The position numbers and the translations under genes were made by a program. From the NCBI GenBank assembly GCA_951406725.2, contig OX597824.1, positions 45,570,001-45,634,000 of the forward strand: a stretch of 64,000 nt of DNA, written 5' to 3'. How positions within the stretch are numbered: the first letter of the stretch is position 1; every line of letters begins with the position of its first letter. Source of the stretch: Octopus vulgaris. Lineage: Eukaryota. Under the pieces are notes generated by a model, which saw only the letters and a list, made by a program, of their open reading frames with translations, did not search any database and had not been told where the DNA came from. Positions 50,130 through 62,877 of this stretch are shown here, in pieces.

Positions 50130-52480
50130 TCATCATCATATAACGTCCATGGGCTGGATGGTTCAATAGGAACCGATGACCTGAACGGCTACTTTGGTAT
50201 GATTCCTACAGCTTGGTGCCCCTTCTAATGCCAACTACTTTTCAGTGTACTGGGTGCTTTTTGTCGTGGTACCAACACTAGTGAAGTCACCAAATATTTG
50301 CAAGACAAGACCCCTTCAACTGAGCGGGGCATAGTAATGAAGGCTGTGAAAGTATGAAAGAGGGACAGGAACAGGTGTCTTCTCCAGCTGGAAAGAGAGA
50401 AAAGGCAAAGGCATACTTTGAAGGTACGAGGTAAATATGAAAGAGAAAATAGGGATAGAGGAACAGAAAAGGTAGGTGGGCAGGTAAGTGCACTAGATAG
50501 TGCAAAGTGTGTGACAGGGGATTAGAGATTAAGGGGTTGACATGAACACAATGAATATCAGTTTGGGGGAGGAGAGGTGTTGGATATAAGAGTGGGTCAG
50601 GCAGGAGTAATAAAGGACAGTAACAGAGATACAATGTAATGTGTAGTGGGGGAGGGTAAGCAGTATTATGTACAGCACCTGTTAGCACTGCAGTTAGAGG
50701 ATTTATGGAGAAATGGGTGTTAGAAAATGAGCTTGTGGGAAAGGCTTGATAGGACCTTATCTTTGCTGAGATGGACAGGTCTTCTCAAGCACAGCATATC
50801 ACTATTCATCTTGGTACTTTGTCATGTCCTCCAGAGGCTCAACATTTTGATGTCGGTCTTCACTACTTCATCCCACATCTTGGGTGTCCCTTTCCCACAG
50901 ACTCAGTCCATTTTTAGCAATTGGCTACTTTTTTTATACAGTTATCCTCATCTATCTGCATCATATTGCAGTATACCAGTGGTCTTCTCTCTTGCACACA
51001 TCTGATGTCTCATGCCTGATTTTTCTCTCAACACATTTGTTCAAGCACACTAATGTTGCACATCTATTGGAGCACCCAAACTTCATTTCTTTCTAATCTC
51101 TGTATATCCTCTGCACTTGCAGCCCAAATTTTACAAACATGTAGTAATGTTTATGTATGAACCATGTTCATGAAGAAGCATTGTACAATCTGCCTTTCAC
51201 TCTCAGAGATAGGCCTTTTGTTACCATGAACCTTCTTCAACAAGTTCATATTCTAGCAACAATATTTTCAGTACATTTCTCTTTGTAACATCCCCTTTGG
51301 TAACAAAACCTATCTACTCCCTCCAGGAAACCTCTGGGGCATTCTAGAAAATCTATTTCCTATCTGCTCTTAGTGTTTATTGCACCTATGCATTTACCAT
51401 AAGCAAAATCTACTTTCACTGCACTTCTTGTGTATTCGTAGTTTGTACTAAGAATACCATGTTTGAATTTTTGCCTACACCTCTTGTATATATTCAGCAG
51501 AGCCATTTATCTGAGGGGGTTAGCACCCTGTCTATTCTCTTGCTAACTTAAACTTTAGTCTTGGCTAAGTTAACTTGAAGGCCCTTTGATTCCAGGTTTT
51601 GCTTCCACTCCTGAAATTTCATTTCTAATTCTCCTGTAGTCTCAGCCATATGAACAAGGTCATTAATATAAAGGATTTCCCATTGGCAACCAGCTTTAAA
51701 TTCTTCTTTTATGGCCTGGGACTATAATGAATAGGAAGGGACTAATAACCAACCCCTGGTGAACTCCTACCTGCACACTTAATTCATCATTTTACTTATT
51801 AACTCTCAACTTACTAACAGCATCCCTGTACATGATGGCTCCCACCAGCCAGTCATCTTCTCCTAGTTTCCATAGCAACCACCTTTTCCAGGCCAATGAA
51901 TGCCGAGTGCTGTGGTTTATTTTTAGTTAAATACATCTGCAGTTGCTGTACTATAAAGAGAGCATCACTAGTACTTCTCCCCAGCTCAAGATCAAACTGC
52001 ATCTCATCTAGGATTACTTTCTTCAGAGCTATGTCTCTTTCAGTGACTTTCTGACCTGTTCCAGTAATTTGGTATCTCTGTAATTCTCTCTATGGCATCT
52101 CTTTTACCTTTGTAATAGTTGACTATGCTACGCTACTTGATGGTTATCATACCTTCCTCCACAACCTGATTAACTACACACGGATAACTAGGATGCATCC
52201 CACTATGTTAGATATTTTAAGCCTCTCAACAGTAATTTTTGACCCAAGTCTTTCCATGTTTTCATGTTCTTAATTGTTTTGTTTATCACACTGCTGCCCA
52301 AAGAATGGCTGGACCCTCTGCTGGGTTCATATTCAGATGACTCTCTTTCTCCCATTCATTTTCTATATTTAGTCGTCTTTCATAATGGCATTGAGAATTT
52401 TAGGGATAAAAATGGTAAAACCTTCATGACAATAATTGGTAATTATTGCAGTTGAATTACTTTCCTTAGAGGAAGTAAAA
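50130..52480 (-). mobile_element. Degraded RTE LINE (RT through 3' tail) with decayed PHD insert
   Basis: Minus strand: VQVGVHQGLV, GCQWEILYINDL, AKTKV, KRGVGKNS..IHKKCS..GKCIG, then purine-rich spacer 50290-50780 and (GAT)n tail at 50130. Confidence 0.8.
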
Positions 52481-52739
52481 CTGAACTATTCTAGGCTTGT
52501 GGAAGACTTATGGTGCCCCAAATTATCAAAATCACATAGTGAAACCATGTTACAGGTGAGTCAAGTGTGCTTTAAAAACAGGTTACCTGTAGGTGATTTG
52601 TTGTTCAACCCTAATCAAGCAGCACATAAGTAATCATAGAATGAAGTGGTGCAACTCATAGGGCCATTGATCCAGATATAACAAGCCTCTGCTTAACTGA
52701 GGACTTTGCTGTGGATCATCACCGTAATCCAAGTATTTG

Positions 52740-53330
52740 ACTCCTTACTCACTGTAACTACAAGGAGGTTTCTACTTGCTTTAGCAGCCAACTCTCATTC
52801 AAACTACACTGTCATCTTAAAAGATGTTTGTTGTTTTTAAGCTTGATGATTGCACATTTAATTTTATCCATGGGTACTGGACTACATTCAATATCATATT
52901 GAGGTGAGCTTGTTAGTGTCCACATCATGACTATATTGAAGTATTTTTCTTGAGATATTCTTATTTTGAGTCCTATATTCTTGAAGTGTAGTGGTTCATG
53001 TTTCATCTTCATGCATATCCTTAGGACCATATTACCAGTACTAATTACGTATTTTCCTCACCAATTTTGTAACCTGTCAGCTTTTTTCATGATGTTGCTA
53101 CATTCTTTCTTCATTTTGTCTTGTATTTCTAGAAGCTTTCATTCTTGTTTCTATTAATCTGACTTTACATGTTTTTAAATGGCATTGCTTTAGTGAACAA
53201 CTGAAGATGTGACTAGGTTTTCAAGGCTGATCCTACGGTGACTACCAGTGCAGTTGTTGCTCTGGACATATTGATCTGAATTCAAATTGGATCCGAACCA
53301 TATGTCTGCACTTTGAGTTACAGGTTCAAC
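52740..53330 (-). mobile_element. Degraded LINE endonuclease-RT linker fragment
   Basis: PMDKIKCAIIKLKNNK motif typical of the region just before the RT. Confidence 0.4.
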
Positions 53331-53885
53331 TGGAGCAGCAGCTGAGAACTGCAGAGTAAACACTTATTCCAAGACAAATAAGGTAAAAGTTCAAAGGCCA
53401 TCATCTTGAACTTCTCCAGTTTGGAAACTAACCATCTCATTCAACTGGAGATATTTTCAGGATCTCACTATGAGATCTTCCATAAAAGAACAGTTGTTTT
53501 AAAATTAGCATTCAAAACAATTTCATTGACAAAAACAGTTGATAGGACACAACTAACTAATAGAAATGAATATCGTAAATCAGTTAAACCTAACATACTC
53601 AAAACCACCATCAGGTATCATTCTCAGAGATTTTATTCTTCCACTGTTTCCATTAGTTTTTTTATAAGACTTCTGTATTTTTAAAAATATTTATTCTTTT
53701 ATTTGTTTCAGTCATTTGACTGCAGCCATGCAGCACTGCCTTATTGGACAAAATGTTTTACAATTTGAGACATTTTTTGATGCCAGTTAATCAATTGCAA
53801 AATAAATGTTATATTTCCTTCCCTCTGCCGCTATAGCCCACTTGGCCAGTACTTCAACTGCTGTTTTCAGCTCAATATTCTTTTC

Positions 53886-54072
53886 TACTCTAGGCACAAG
53901 GCCCGAAATTTTTGGGGTGAGGGCCAGTCAATTAGATCGACCCCCAGTACACAACCGGTACTTAATTTATCGATCCCATAAGGATGAAAGGCAAAGTCGA
54001 CCTCGGTGGAATTTGAACTCAGAATATAAAGACAGATGAAATACCACTAGGTGTTTCGTCCAGCATGCTAAT
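53886..54072 (-). mobile_element. SINE family C
   Basis: ggtacttaatttatcgatcccataaggatgaaaggcaaagtcgacctcggtggaatttgaactc is the reverse complement of the family C body. Confidence 0.8.
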
Positions 54073-54096
54073 CAGAAGCTCAATAGTGACTGAACT

Positions 54097-55050
54097 CAGT
54101 TATACAGCGTCCATCTCCACCATGGGAAAATCCCCCTTCCCTTACTACCGTCTACACTCCCACCACGAAGCAGATGCCCATCGATGTACAACTGCTGGCA
54201 CCTCAACAAACACTTGCCAGCCTACCCGATTCCCCTGACGTACTCCTTTACACTGATGGCTTGACTAGTGAAGGCACAACCAACGGCGGCGCCGGTGTGG
54301 TGGTGCTGATACACGATGAGATGGTCCATGAGTGGTACGCCCCTACTGGTGCTCAAAGCAGCTCATTCCACTCCGAGAGAGCAGCATTTAACAAAGCCCT
54401 CCGGTGGCTACAGACCAATGACAACTGGGCCTCTGCAGCTATATTCTGTGATTGCAAATCATTGGTCGAAGTGGTAGACAGCCCATTAACCCCAGACCTG
54501 ACTATTAGAGAACTGCAACAAACAGCAGCCCTAGTAGCAGCTGGAAAGATTTTGGGTGCCGGGTCATTGCATGCTCCGTGGCAATGAACTCGCAGATATG
54601 CTGGTGAAACTTGGCTTGGCACTGCCACAACCAGATGCTGCCATCAATACAGCCATTCGTCAGGTGGTTATTCGTCGAACGTTCCAGCCAACACCAACCA
54701 ATTCAACACCCCCGTCTGAAGGAAGTCTTCACAAAGAATCTGGGTGAAAAAACCGAAGCAGCCCTCTCGAAGGCAGACTCCGCAGACATGATACGCTTCT
54801 GTAGTGGTCATCATCCAGCACTCACGCGGTGGCAAAAGATGGCAGGATGCAGCGACACAGATCAATGCAGACACTGTAACGAGGAGGTGGAATACGCAGA
54901 ACATCTCTGGCTAAGATGTCCAGCCCTGAGGGTGGAACGCTATATCCGCCAACTAGTGGCTACAATGGATGAGATGATTTGTCTCCCATCCACGGCTCTA
55001 GCGCTTCTGATAGTTATCCTCAGGCGCTTGAGGTGACCAACAACAACAAC
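54097..55050 (+). mobile_element. I-group LINE 3' end (RNase H + CCHC knuckle, (CAA)n tail)
   Basis: YTDG..GAGV..SSFHSE..IFCDCKS..[W]VPGH..GNELAD (RNase H), CRHC..EHLWLRCP knuckle, stop at 55036 then ccaacaacaacaac. Confidence 0.88.
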
Positions 55051-56870
55051 CCCAGCATCCTCAGCCCTCTTATCAAACAGTTTCATACCACACATCTCTC
55101 TCAGTATTCCTCTCTTGGTCATCTCAAAATTGCCATCTCACTCCCCCTCAAACACCATGTCTCACTCCCATACAGCATTGCAGCTCTCATGCAACTCCTA
55201 TAGTCCCTTCCTTTCATCTTCAATGAGAACCTTTTCCCACATAACAACACTCCACATTCCCTGAACTTCACCTAGCCAAGTCTCTCTCTCTTACTGCCAC
55301 AGCTGCTTCCCATCCACCACTTACACCCACTCTATCTCCCAAATAACAAAACCCTCTCACCATTTTCACCTTATCACATAGCATTTCCACTGGTTCCGCC
55401 AGCCCTCCAGCTCCTTTCTCACATCTTTCACAAATAAACTCTCTTGCCAGTCTTGGGGTCACCTTCTTCATTTTCATACATCTACCATGAATCCATTTCT
55501 TACATCTTGTACACAACACCACATTTGCCATTACCCTCCTCTCACATACTCCACATGGATCCACCTTACTCACACGTCTCCTTCCACCCTGCTCACCATC
55601 ACCTTTGTCTTCCAGAGCTTTACCTTCAAACTCTTGCTTTCAGATGCCTCCTTTCATCTCCAAAACTTCTCCCTCAATTCCTCCATTGTCTCACTCATCA
55701 GAACAAGGTCATCCGCATACAGTATCTCCATTATCAATCCCTCTCTTCCACTCTCCATCACCACATCAACCACTACTGCAGACAACAACAGTGACAACAA
55801 ACTCCTCTAACAGCTTTGATCCAATTCTAACTCTTGTCTTTACCCTCTCGTACAAACTCATCACTGCCCTCACTGTTACTGCCAGTACACCTCTTTTCCT
55901 CAATACCCACTCAATCACCTTCCTTGGAACCTTATCATATGCCTTCTTTAGATCAACGAAGCACAAGTACAACTCCTTCTCCTTATCTCAGTATTCCTCT
56001 TGTAATTTCCTTACAATGAACACTGCATCTGCTGTCCCCCTTCTTGGCATCAAACCAAATTGCATCTCGTCCACATCCACCCCTTTCTGAATTCTCCTCT
56101 CCAACACTCTTTCCACTATCTTCATTGCATGCTCTAATAACTTCACTCCCACATTGCATCCCCTTTCCCCTTGAAGATCAGTACCACCACACTTAGTGCC
56201 CATTCATCTGGCATTCCTCTTCCATCCAGCATACCCTGGAAGAGCTCCATCATCACAACAACCCCTATCTCTCCACTTGCTAACACTATTGTCATCACTC
56301 TGTCACTATATCTCTTGACCTCCACCACTTTCTCACAGATTTCTTCCTTCACCAAAATTCCCACACCTCCAGTCCCCTTGCTGTTTCCCAACCACCACAA
56401 CTTTTACTTTTTTCCCTTGACCCCCCCCTCCCCCAATCTTGCACTCTGGTCCTTCCACCTAGCCTCCTGCACACATCCACCCTCCTCTTCCTCAATTCCT
56501 CACACACCTCAGTTCCCCTTCCATGCAGACTGCCCACATACCAACTTTCCCAACCTCACTACAAGCTTCTCCTTAGGCCGTCGACCATCATAAGACAAGT
56601 CATGCTTGTGCAACCCAGGATGAGGGTTTGCACCTTCCCTTCTGAGGTAGGCAGGTGCAGCCCACCCCAACATTTGGGCTGGCTGGTGTCCATTCTCCTT
56701 TGCTATCATGAGGCTTTTTTGGGGCTGGATTTTTGATGGGGAGCATGCCCTTGCTTACTCCCAACCTCAGTTTCTAGACATGAGTGGTCCTAAGACCTCT
56801 ACCATGATTTTTAAGAGATGTGGTAGAAAACTAGCTCAGGAAGGCAGGGATGCTACTCCCTGAGACCCCT
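55051..56870 (-). mobile_element. RTE LINE, PHD-in-RT subfamily 2, internally deleted, retaining 5' end
   Basis: Endonuclease start (GSLHGRGTEV..GGVGILV..SDRVM) joined at ~56272 to RT (PDEW..FKGKGD, QFGLMP, VDLKKAYDKVP, YADD), then C4HC3 finger 55555-55421 and FCYLG. Confidence 0.88.
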
Positions 56871-56894
56871 TTCAGAGCGCCCCTACTATTAGTC

Positions 56895-57050
56895 AAATAA
56901 AGTGTTAGGTTCGAAATTCCACCAGAACACATGATGAAGGGTTGGAGAGTACATCTGCTGAAACATTGTAATAACAACAAACAAGATGAGGATACCTATC
57001 CATCCATTGTAAATAATGTATATAATTCCTCATCTCAAAAATATAGAATA
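56895..57050 (+). mobile_element. Probable Penelope pLTR remnant with decayed hammerhead-like core
   Basis: aacac-ATGATGA-agggttgg..ctgct-GAAAC-attgt; first core base altered. Confidence 0.4.
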
Positions 57051-57159
57051 GTGTACTGCAGTAGTTTTGAGAAATTCTCACATTGGCTTTAGGGATAAAT
57101 ATTACCTCTCGATATTAATACTATCTCTGTCACTAATATATGTGTGTGTGTGTATATAT

Positions 57160-57445
57160 ATCACCTTGACCGACCAGTCCATCAGGCGTCCATTTGACAC
57201 CGCTGGTCACAGCACGCTGTCCACTCCTCTCTGGATCGCGCCTTTCTCATCCACGTGATCCCAATCGTAACTCCACCATCGTGGAGGCCATCCGGGTGGT
57301 CGTTTCCGCTCGCGAGGGTACCACTCGACAACTGCGCGGGTCCACCGATTATCGGTGAGTGGGGCGACGTGTCCAGCCCATCTAAACTTGCTGCGTGTAT
57401 ACTCTGCGATGACATCCCTCATGCCGGACTTCTTTCTGATGATAT
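57160..57445 (-). mobile_element. RTE LINE 3' end, distinct CpG-rich family
   Basis: IRKKSGMRDVI..KFRWAGHVA..DNRWTRAVVEWYPRERKRPPGWPPRWW; bounded by (TA)n on both sides. Confidence 0.85.
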
Positions 57446-58172
57446 ATATATATATATATATATATATATTCCTTTGTTGTTGGTACCTCTCATTTCCAAG
57501 TCTTTCTTTCTTCATTGTAGTTCTGTGAGAAAAGATCAGTGAAGAAATGGTGGAGGCATGATTTTGATTTGGGGTAGAATCTGAGGAAGTAATCTACACA
57601 CTGTGGCCTTGAAGACATTCTCTGCAGGATCAGGTAATGAAACTGCAATGGACTGCTGTTACTCCCAAGTATTGCTTAAACTGTACCTTCATAACCAGTT
57701 TGTCTGGTACAGCCTTCTGCCAGTTGAGCTGTTGAGATCATAAGTCTTCATGCATTTATTCTGGCGTTAGGAACTTTGGCTATTTTCTGCAAGATATGTT
57801 CTTCTAGATTTTCCCAGATCAGTATGAACAGGTTTCTCATTATAAAGGTTTTAGCTGGATCAGGTTTGGTACTAAGTCAGCAGTTCAGATTTTTTCCTGA
57901 ACATAACTGATCACTTAGGAGTGTGAGGATCAATGCCTGAGAAGTGGCTATATATTGCACATCGCTCAATGAAGGGTACTGCCTCTACACAGTCTCTCAT
58001 CATCACCATCATCATCATCATCATCATTTAATGTTTGCTGTCTGTGCAGGCATGGGTTGGATGGTGTGGCCAGAGCTAACAAGCTGATGAGTTGCATCAG
58101 ACTACAGTATGAATTGGCATGCTTTCTATGGCTGAATGCCCTTCCTAATTCCAACCACTTTACAGAATGTGC

Positions 58173-58316
58173 TGGGTGCTTTTACATGGCACTGCATGGG
58201 TGCTTTTATGTGGTGCTGCACAGGTGCTTTTATGTAGCACTGCACGAGCACTTTTATGTGGCACCACAAGGGCACTTTTATGTGTCACCATATAGGTGCT
58301 TTTGTGTGGCACTGTC
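58173..58316. repeat. 24-bp minisatellite, 6 units
   Basis: (g/a)ggtgcttttatgtggcactgcac-like unit repeated head-to-tail. Confidence 0.9.
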
Positions 58317-59055
58317 ACAAGTTCTTTACACCACCAGAAAGATCAGTCTTAACACTTCTGCCACAGAGTATGGGTCTTCTTGAGTATGGCAAGGCACCAA
58401 GTATCTCGGTCTTGGTCCTTTGTCATCTCACCTGAAAAGTTCAGCGTCCTGAGGTTGTTCTTCACTATTTCATTCCATGTCTTCCTGAGTCTTCTACTTC
58501 CACGAGTTCCATCCACTTTGAGACATCGGCACTTCTTTATGGAGCTGTTGGCGTCACATGACCAAACCAGTGCAGTTTTCTCTCTTGCACACAGTGATCA
58601 ATTCCTCTTGTGCCTAACTTCTCTCTCAGAACACTGGCACTCTGTAAAACATGTACACTTACATCCAGTGGAGCACACTAGCCTTTTTCCTTTCTAACCT
58701 TTGCATGTCTTCTGCATTCAGGACCCATGTCTCACTACCATGCAGAGCTGCTGTCTGTATACATGCATCATATAATCTTCCTTTCACTCAGAGAGAAAAA
58801 CCTTTTATGGCCAATGGAGGTAACAGCTCTCTGAATTTCCTCTCTGCTATTGTTATTCTAGTTACCACACCCTCTATGCATCCTCCCCCCCACTACTAAT
58901 TTGGGCCCTTTGGTGACAAATTATCTACTACCTCTGATGAGCCACCAGGGCATTTGAGATAATCAATTTCCTGAGTCTCTATGGGTTTCATGGAACCTGT
59001 GCATCTTTCACATAGGGAAACTATCATCTCTAATAATCTTCCTATCAATCCACCA

Positions 59056-59960
59056 GGGAGACACACTCGCCCATTTCTCTTCATCATTGTCGTTGACTAT
59101 GTGCTACGTATGTCAGTTGATACCATTTCTGGCAAGGGCTTTGAAATAAAATCTAAAAGAAGTTCCAGACACCCAGCTGAATACTTAACAGACACTGACT
59201 TTGCTGACGACATCGCTCTTATCAGTGATTCTCTCTCCAATGCCCAGTCTCTTTTACAATCTCTTGAACAAGCCTCAAATTGTGTAGGTCTTTACCTCAA
59301 TGAGTTCAAGACTGAATATGTAAGCCAGTGCCTGTCCAACAGTGATTTCATCATCCATACTCTCAACAATACGCCCTTAAATATGGTTTTTGATTACAAA
59401 TATCTTGGGTCATACATATCATCATCTGGAAAAGATTTTCTAACTAGAAAGGGTATGGCCTGGTCATCCTGTAATGATATGCATAAGATCTGGTCATCAA
59501 ATCTAAGTAGAGATTTCAAACTTAAAATCTTCAAAGCCACAGTCGAACCAATTCTACTATATGGCTCAGAAACCAGGACATTATCAGAGAAGCTTGAGAG
59601 GCAGTTGGATGGAGCTTACACTTGACTCCTTATGAGAGCTCAAAATCTCTTGTGGAAGTGTCATCCAACCAAAGTACAAATATATGGGAAACTACAACCT
59701 GTATCGTCACTTGTGAAAGGTAGGAGAGTCCAGTTTGCTGGACATTGTTGTAGAGCTGAAAACGAGGCAATTTCTACTCTTCTCCTCTGGAAGCTATCTA
59801 CTTGCGATACCAGAGAGTGCACACTCTCCTACCCTGATGTAATCTCCAGGGATACAGGCATCCAGCAACAGGACCTCCGTAATGCTATGATAGACCATGA
59901 AGTCTGGCGTAGCATAGTAAATTCCATTGTCTCGACCACGGTCGAACAATGATGATGATG
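59056..59960 (+). mobile_element. 5'-truncated RTE-group LINE with 9-bp TSD
   Basis: QGDTLA-like start, PFLFIIVVD, FADD, YKYLG, LLYGSE, FAGHC; ends in (TGA)4; AATCCACCA at 59047-59055 and 59961-59969. Confidence 0.92.
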
Positions 59961-60145
59961 AATCCACCACACCTCTTGTGTATCCATGCCTGTGTGTCTC
60001 TGAGCCTATATATATATACACATACTTATATCTATACACACACACACACACACACACATATACATATATATGATTTTGATTTTTCCAGTTTCAGCTAATG
60101 AGCTGTGGCCATGCTGGGGCACTGCCATTTTGCTGGGGCACCGCC

Positions 60146-60177
<32 letters not shown>

Positions 60178-60990
60178 GCATATGTAGGCACAGGACATCA
60201 TGGAACATATACAACAAAAAAATACAAAGAGTACATGGAATATGAACTATTTTTTTTGAACAGCAAAAGACACAAATGGAAAACAAGACAAACATCATAA
60301 AGAACAACCTTTCATCAGTTGTTGGCTATTTTTCTACTCTCGTATTTTGAGCATTTAGCAACAATATATGCTTTCGATAGAACAGTTTCTCCTGCAAAGC
60401 AAATTAAATAAAATTCATGATTTTGTGGAGAGTCAAATTGATAACACAAACAGGAAGGGTTGCTAAGCCTAAACAAGGTTGTGGTGGCAAATGCATGAAG
60501 CAAGCTTGGACAGGAGACAGACAAGAACACGTCTTCCTTGTTCCAGCTACAACAGAGAGAAAGAAAGAAACACAAGTTAGGAGAAGAAAGATGGCCGATG
60601 GTCACGTGAGCAAGGGAGGAGGAGTGAGGGAGAGAGAGTGACAGAGTAATTGGATAGAATAGTGGGAGAAGAGGAGGTAAAAGAATAAGAGAGAGAACAA
60701 CGAAAGAGTAAAAAGATCATATAGAGTGCACATCAGAATTATTAAGATAAAACTTACTTGGAAGAGGATACATGGCGATCAATCATATAATAATGTAAAT
60801 AATTTATATATGCATATTTTTATTTATTCATCTAGTTTCAGCTCACTAGCTGCGGCCATGCTGGGGCATTTGGTGTTGCTACATGATTTTAATTCACGAA
60901 TGCTTTTTAGCAATTGCCATTTGGTGCATGAGAGAGCTTGATGCAGCTGCCCTCATCTGCACCTCCTGCCGTTAAATGTATATATATGTG

Positions 60991-61026
<36 letters not shown>

Positions 61027-61077
61027 TATATATATGTATGTGTATATATATGTATGTATATATATATATGTATATAT

Positions 61078-61257
61078 CATCAGCATCATCGTTTAACGTC
61101 CGTTCTCCATGCTAGCATGGGTTGGACGGTTCGACGGGGATCTGGGAAGCCAGAAGGCTGCACCAGGCTCCGGTCTTATCTGGCAATGTTTCTACAGCTG
61201 GATGCCCTTCCTAACGCCAACCACTCCGTGAGTGTAGTGGGTGCTTTTTACGTGCCA
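61078..61257 (-). mobile_element. Young RTE 3'-tail fragment
   Basis: catcatcgtttaacgtccgttctccatgctagcatgggttggacgg...gcccttcctaacgccaaccactccgtgagtgtagtgggtgctttttacgtg. Confidence 0.8.
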
Positions 61258-61293
61258 TATATATATGTATGTATGTATGTATATATATATATA

Positions 61294-62843
61294 CTAGCAG
61301 TATCGCCCGGCGTTGCTCGGGTTGTAAGGGAAATAACTATATAAGCATTTTTAGTGAGTTATAGCCAAAAAATAGCAAAAAAATGCATTAAAAATTGAAA
61401 AAAAATAAAGGTAAATTTTTTTTTAAATCGTTGACACATCGTAGATATTTTTAGAGAGTTACTTCCCTTATATAAAAGCGAAAAAAATGCATTAAAATGG
61501 AAAAATATGATGGTAAATTTTTTTTAAATCGTAGACTCATCGTAGACGCACGCTAATACCCAGAAGGGCTCGATATGAATCACAACTATAAGATACCCGC
61601 TTTTGGTTAAACTGCACCGCAAAATGTGGGAGTAGTTAGGAATCTAAATCGTAGGAGACAGACACACAACTTCACTCTTATATAAAGATGCTTTTTTTTT
61701 TCAGTCATAGAGTTAGATTTATGAAGGTGTTCAGTAGAAAATCCTTCGAATTCTGACTCGCTGCTTGATATAATGAAATTCGTATCCATTTTTTGTCAGA
61801 ATTACAAATTTTGAAAACACAATAGGAACAAATTTCGGAAAAAAATCTCCCATAATTCACGGAATTAAAATTACACTTCGATTTTTGTACAAAACTGTAG
61901 TTGAAGTGTTTACGAAGTATAATACGTGTTTTCACGAATGTACTAAAGAGATTTGCTCTGATATTCTCATTTAAATATGAATAGGTAAATTCGGGCGGCT
62001 TGGTAACTATATATAAGTGTCGTCTGTTTATACATAAACACTGTTTCATACTGCAATTATATATACATATATCTATATATAATATTATATAATAAAATAT
62101 ATACAGAGTAAAATAAAAACCAATTTACCTTTTCTGTCCGTCCGTGTGTCTTTGCAAATGTGTTGGAATGATAAGTGAGTTGAGTTTTGGCGCCTTTTTT
62201 ACTAATAACAAACACACACGTGTTTGTATGTAGTTGTATGTGTATGTAGTTGTATATGTATGTGTATGCGTGTGTGTGAGGAATGACACACACACACTCA
62301 CGCACGCACACATGTACATCAATGCTTTCGGAGTGATATGTTAAAATATTGAGTTTTCTCGAATTTTGTCTTAATTGGTGGTAAAATTGAAAGAAATTTT
62401 TTATGGCATCACCCACTGAAGTACTCTGAAAAATCTTAGGTAAATTCTAATTGAAGAAATTGTGTGAGGAGTAAATGGTTATGTATTTATTTGTTTCTGT
62501 TTGCTGTGTTTTTTTATTTTTTGAGTAGTGGTTTAAATACTTTCAGTTTAGTCTTCGTCAAATCACTCTGTCGCTATTTACTCTCATTTTATTCGTTGCA
62601 CACTGTGTGTGTGCGTTTGCGTGTGGTGTAAACCAGACTAAGAAAAGCATTTGACACACACACCAGAATGTGAGTTTTCTGTAAATTTTGCTTAATTGGA
62701 GTTTAAATTTTAAAAACTGGACCTGGCATGACGCGATGCATTCTACTCTTAAAAATGCTAGGTAAATTGTAATTGAAGAAATCCTATATTGTAGATTTCT
62801 ATAACTCCCAAAGGGAGGTAGATAAAATCTGCCTTTTATAATA

Positions 62844-62846
<3 letters not shown>
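61294..62846 (-). mobile_element. Composite non-autonomous Helitron, unit 1
   Basis: CTAG end at 61294 with hairpin cccggcgttgctcggg; TC-type 5' ends at 61688 (TCTTTATATAA) and 62846 (TCTTATTATAA). Confidence 0.85.

Positions 62847-62876
<30 letters not shown>

Positions 62877-62877
<1 letters not shown>

Larger units (their letters stand above)
57998..60005 (-). mobile_element. RTE LINE (PHD type) 3' portion, interrupted at 59056-59960 by another LINE
   Basis: (GAT)n tail at 57998, 24-bp minisatellite, RT thumb 58380-58930; WIHKRCGG|LIGR..CERC is rejoined across the insertion. Confidence 0.85.

Noticed and set aside
58173-58316. Regular 24-bp repeats as a CRISPR array or repeat protein
   Set aside because: No spacers, eukaryotic context, and located inside a LINE tail.
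60190-60420. Further hammerhead-like boxes (CTGATGA, GAAA) on the minus strand
   Set aside because: Boxes are out of order or too degenerate to fold; possibly a Penelope-related remnant but unsupported.
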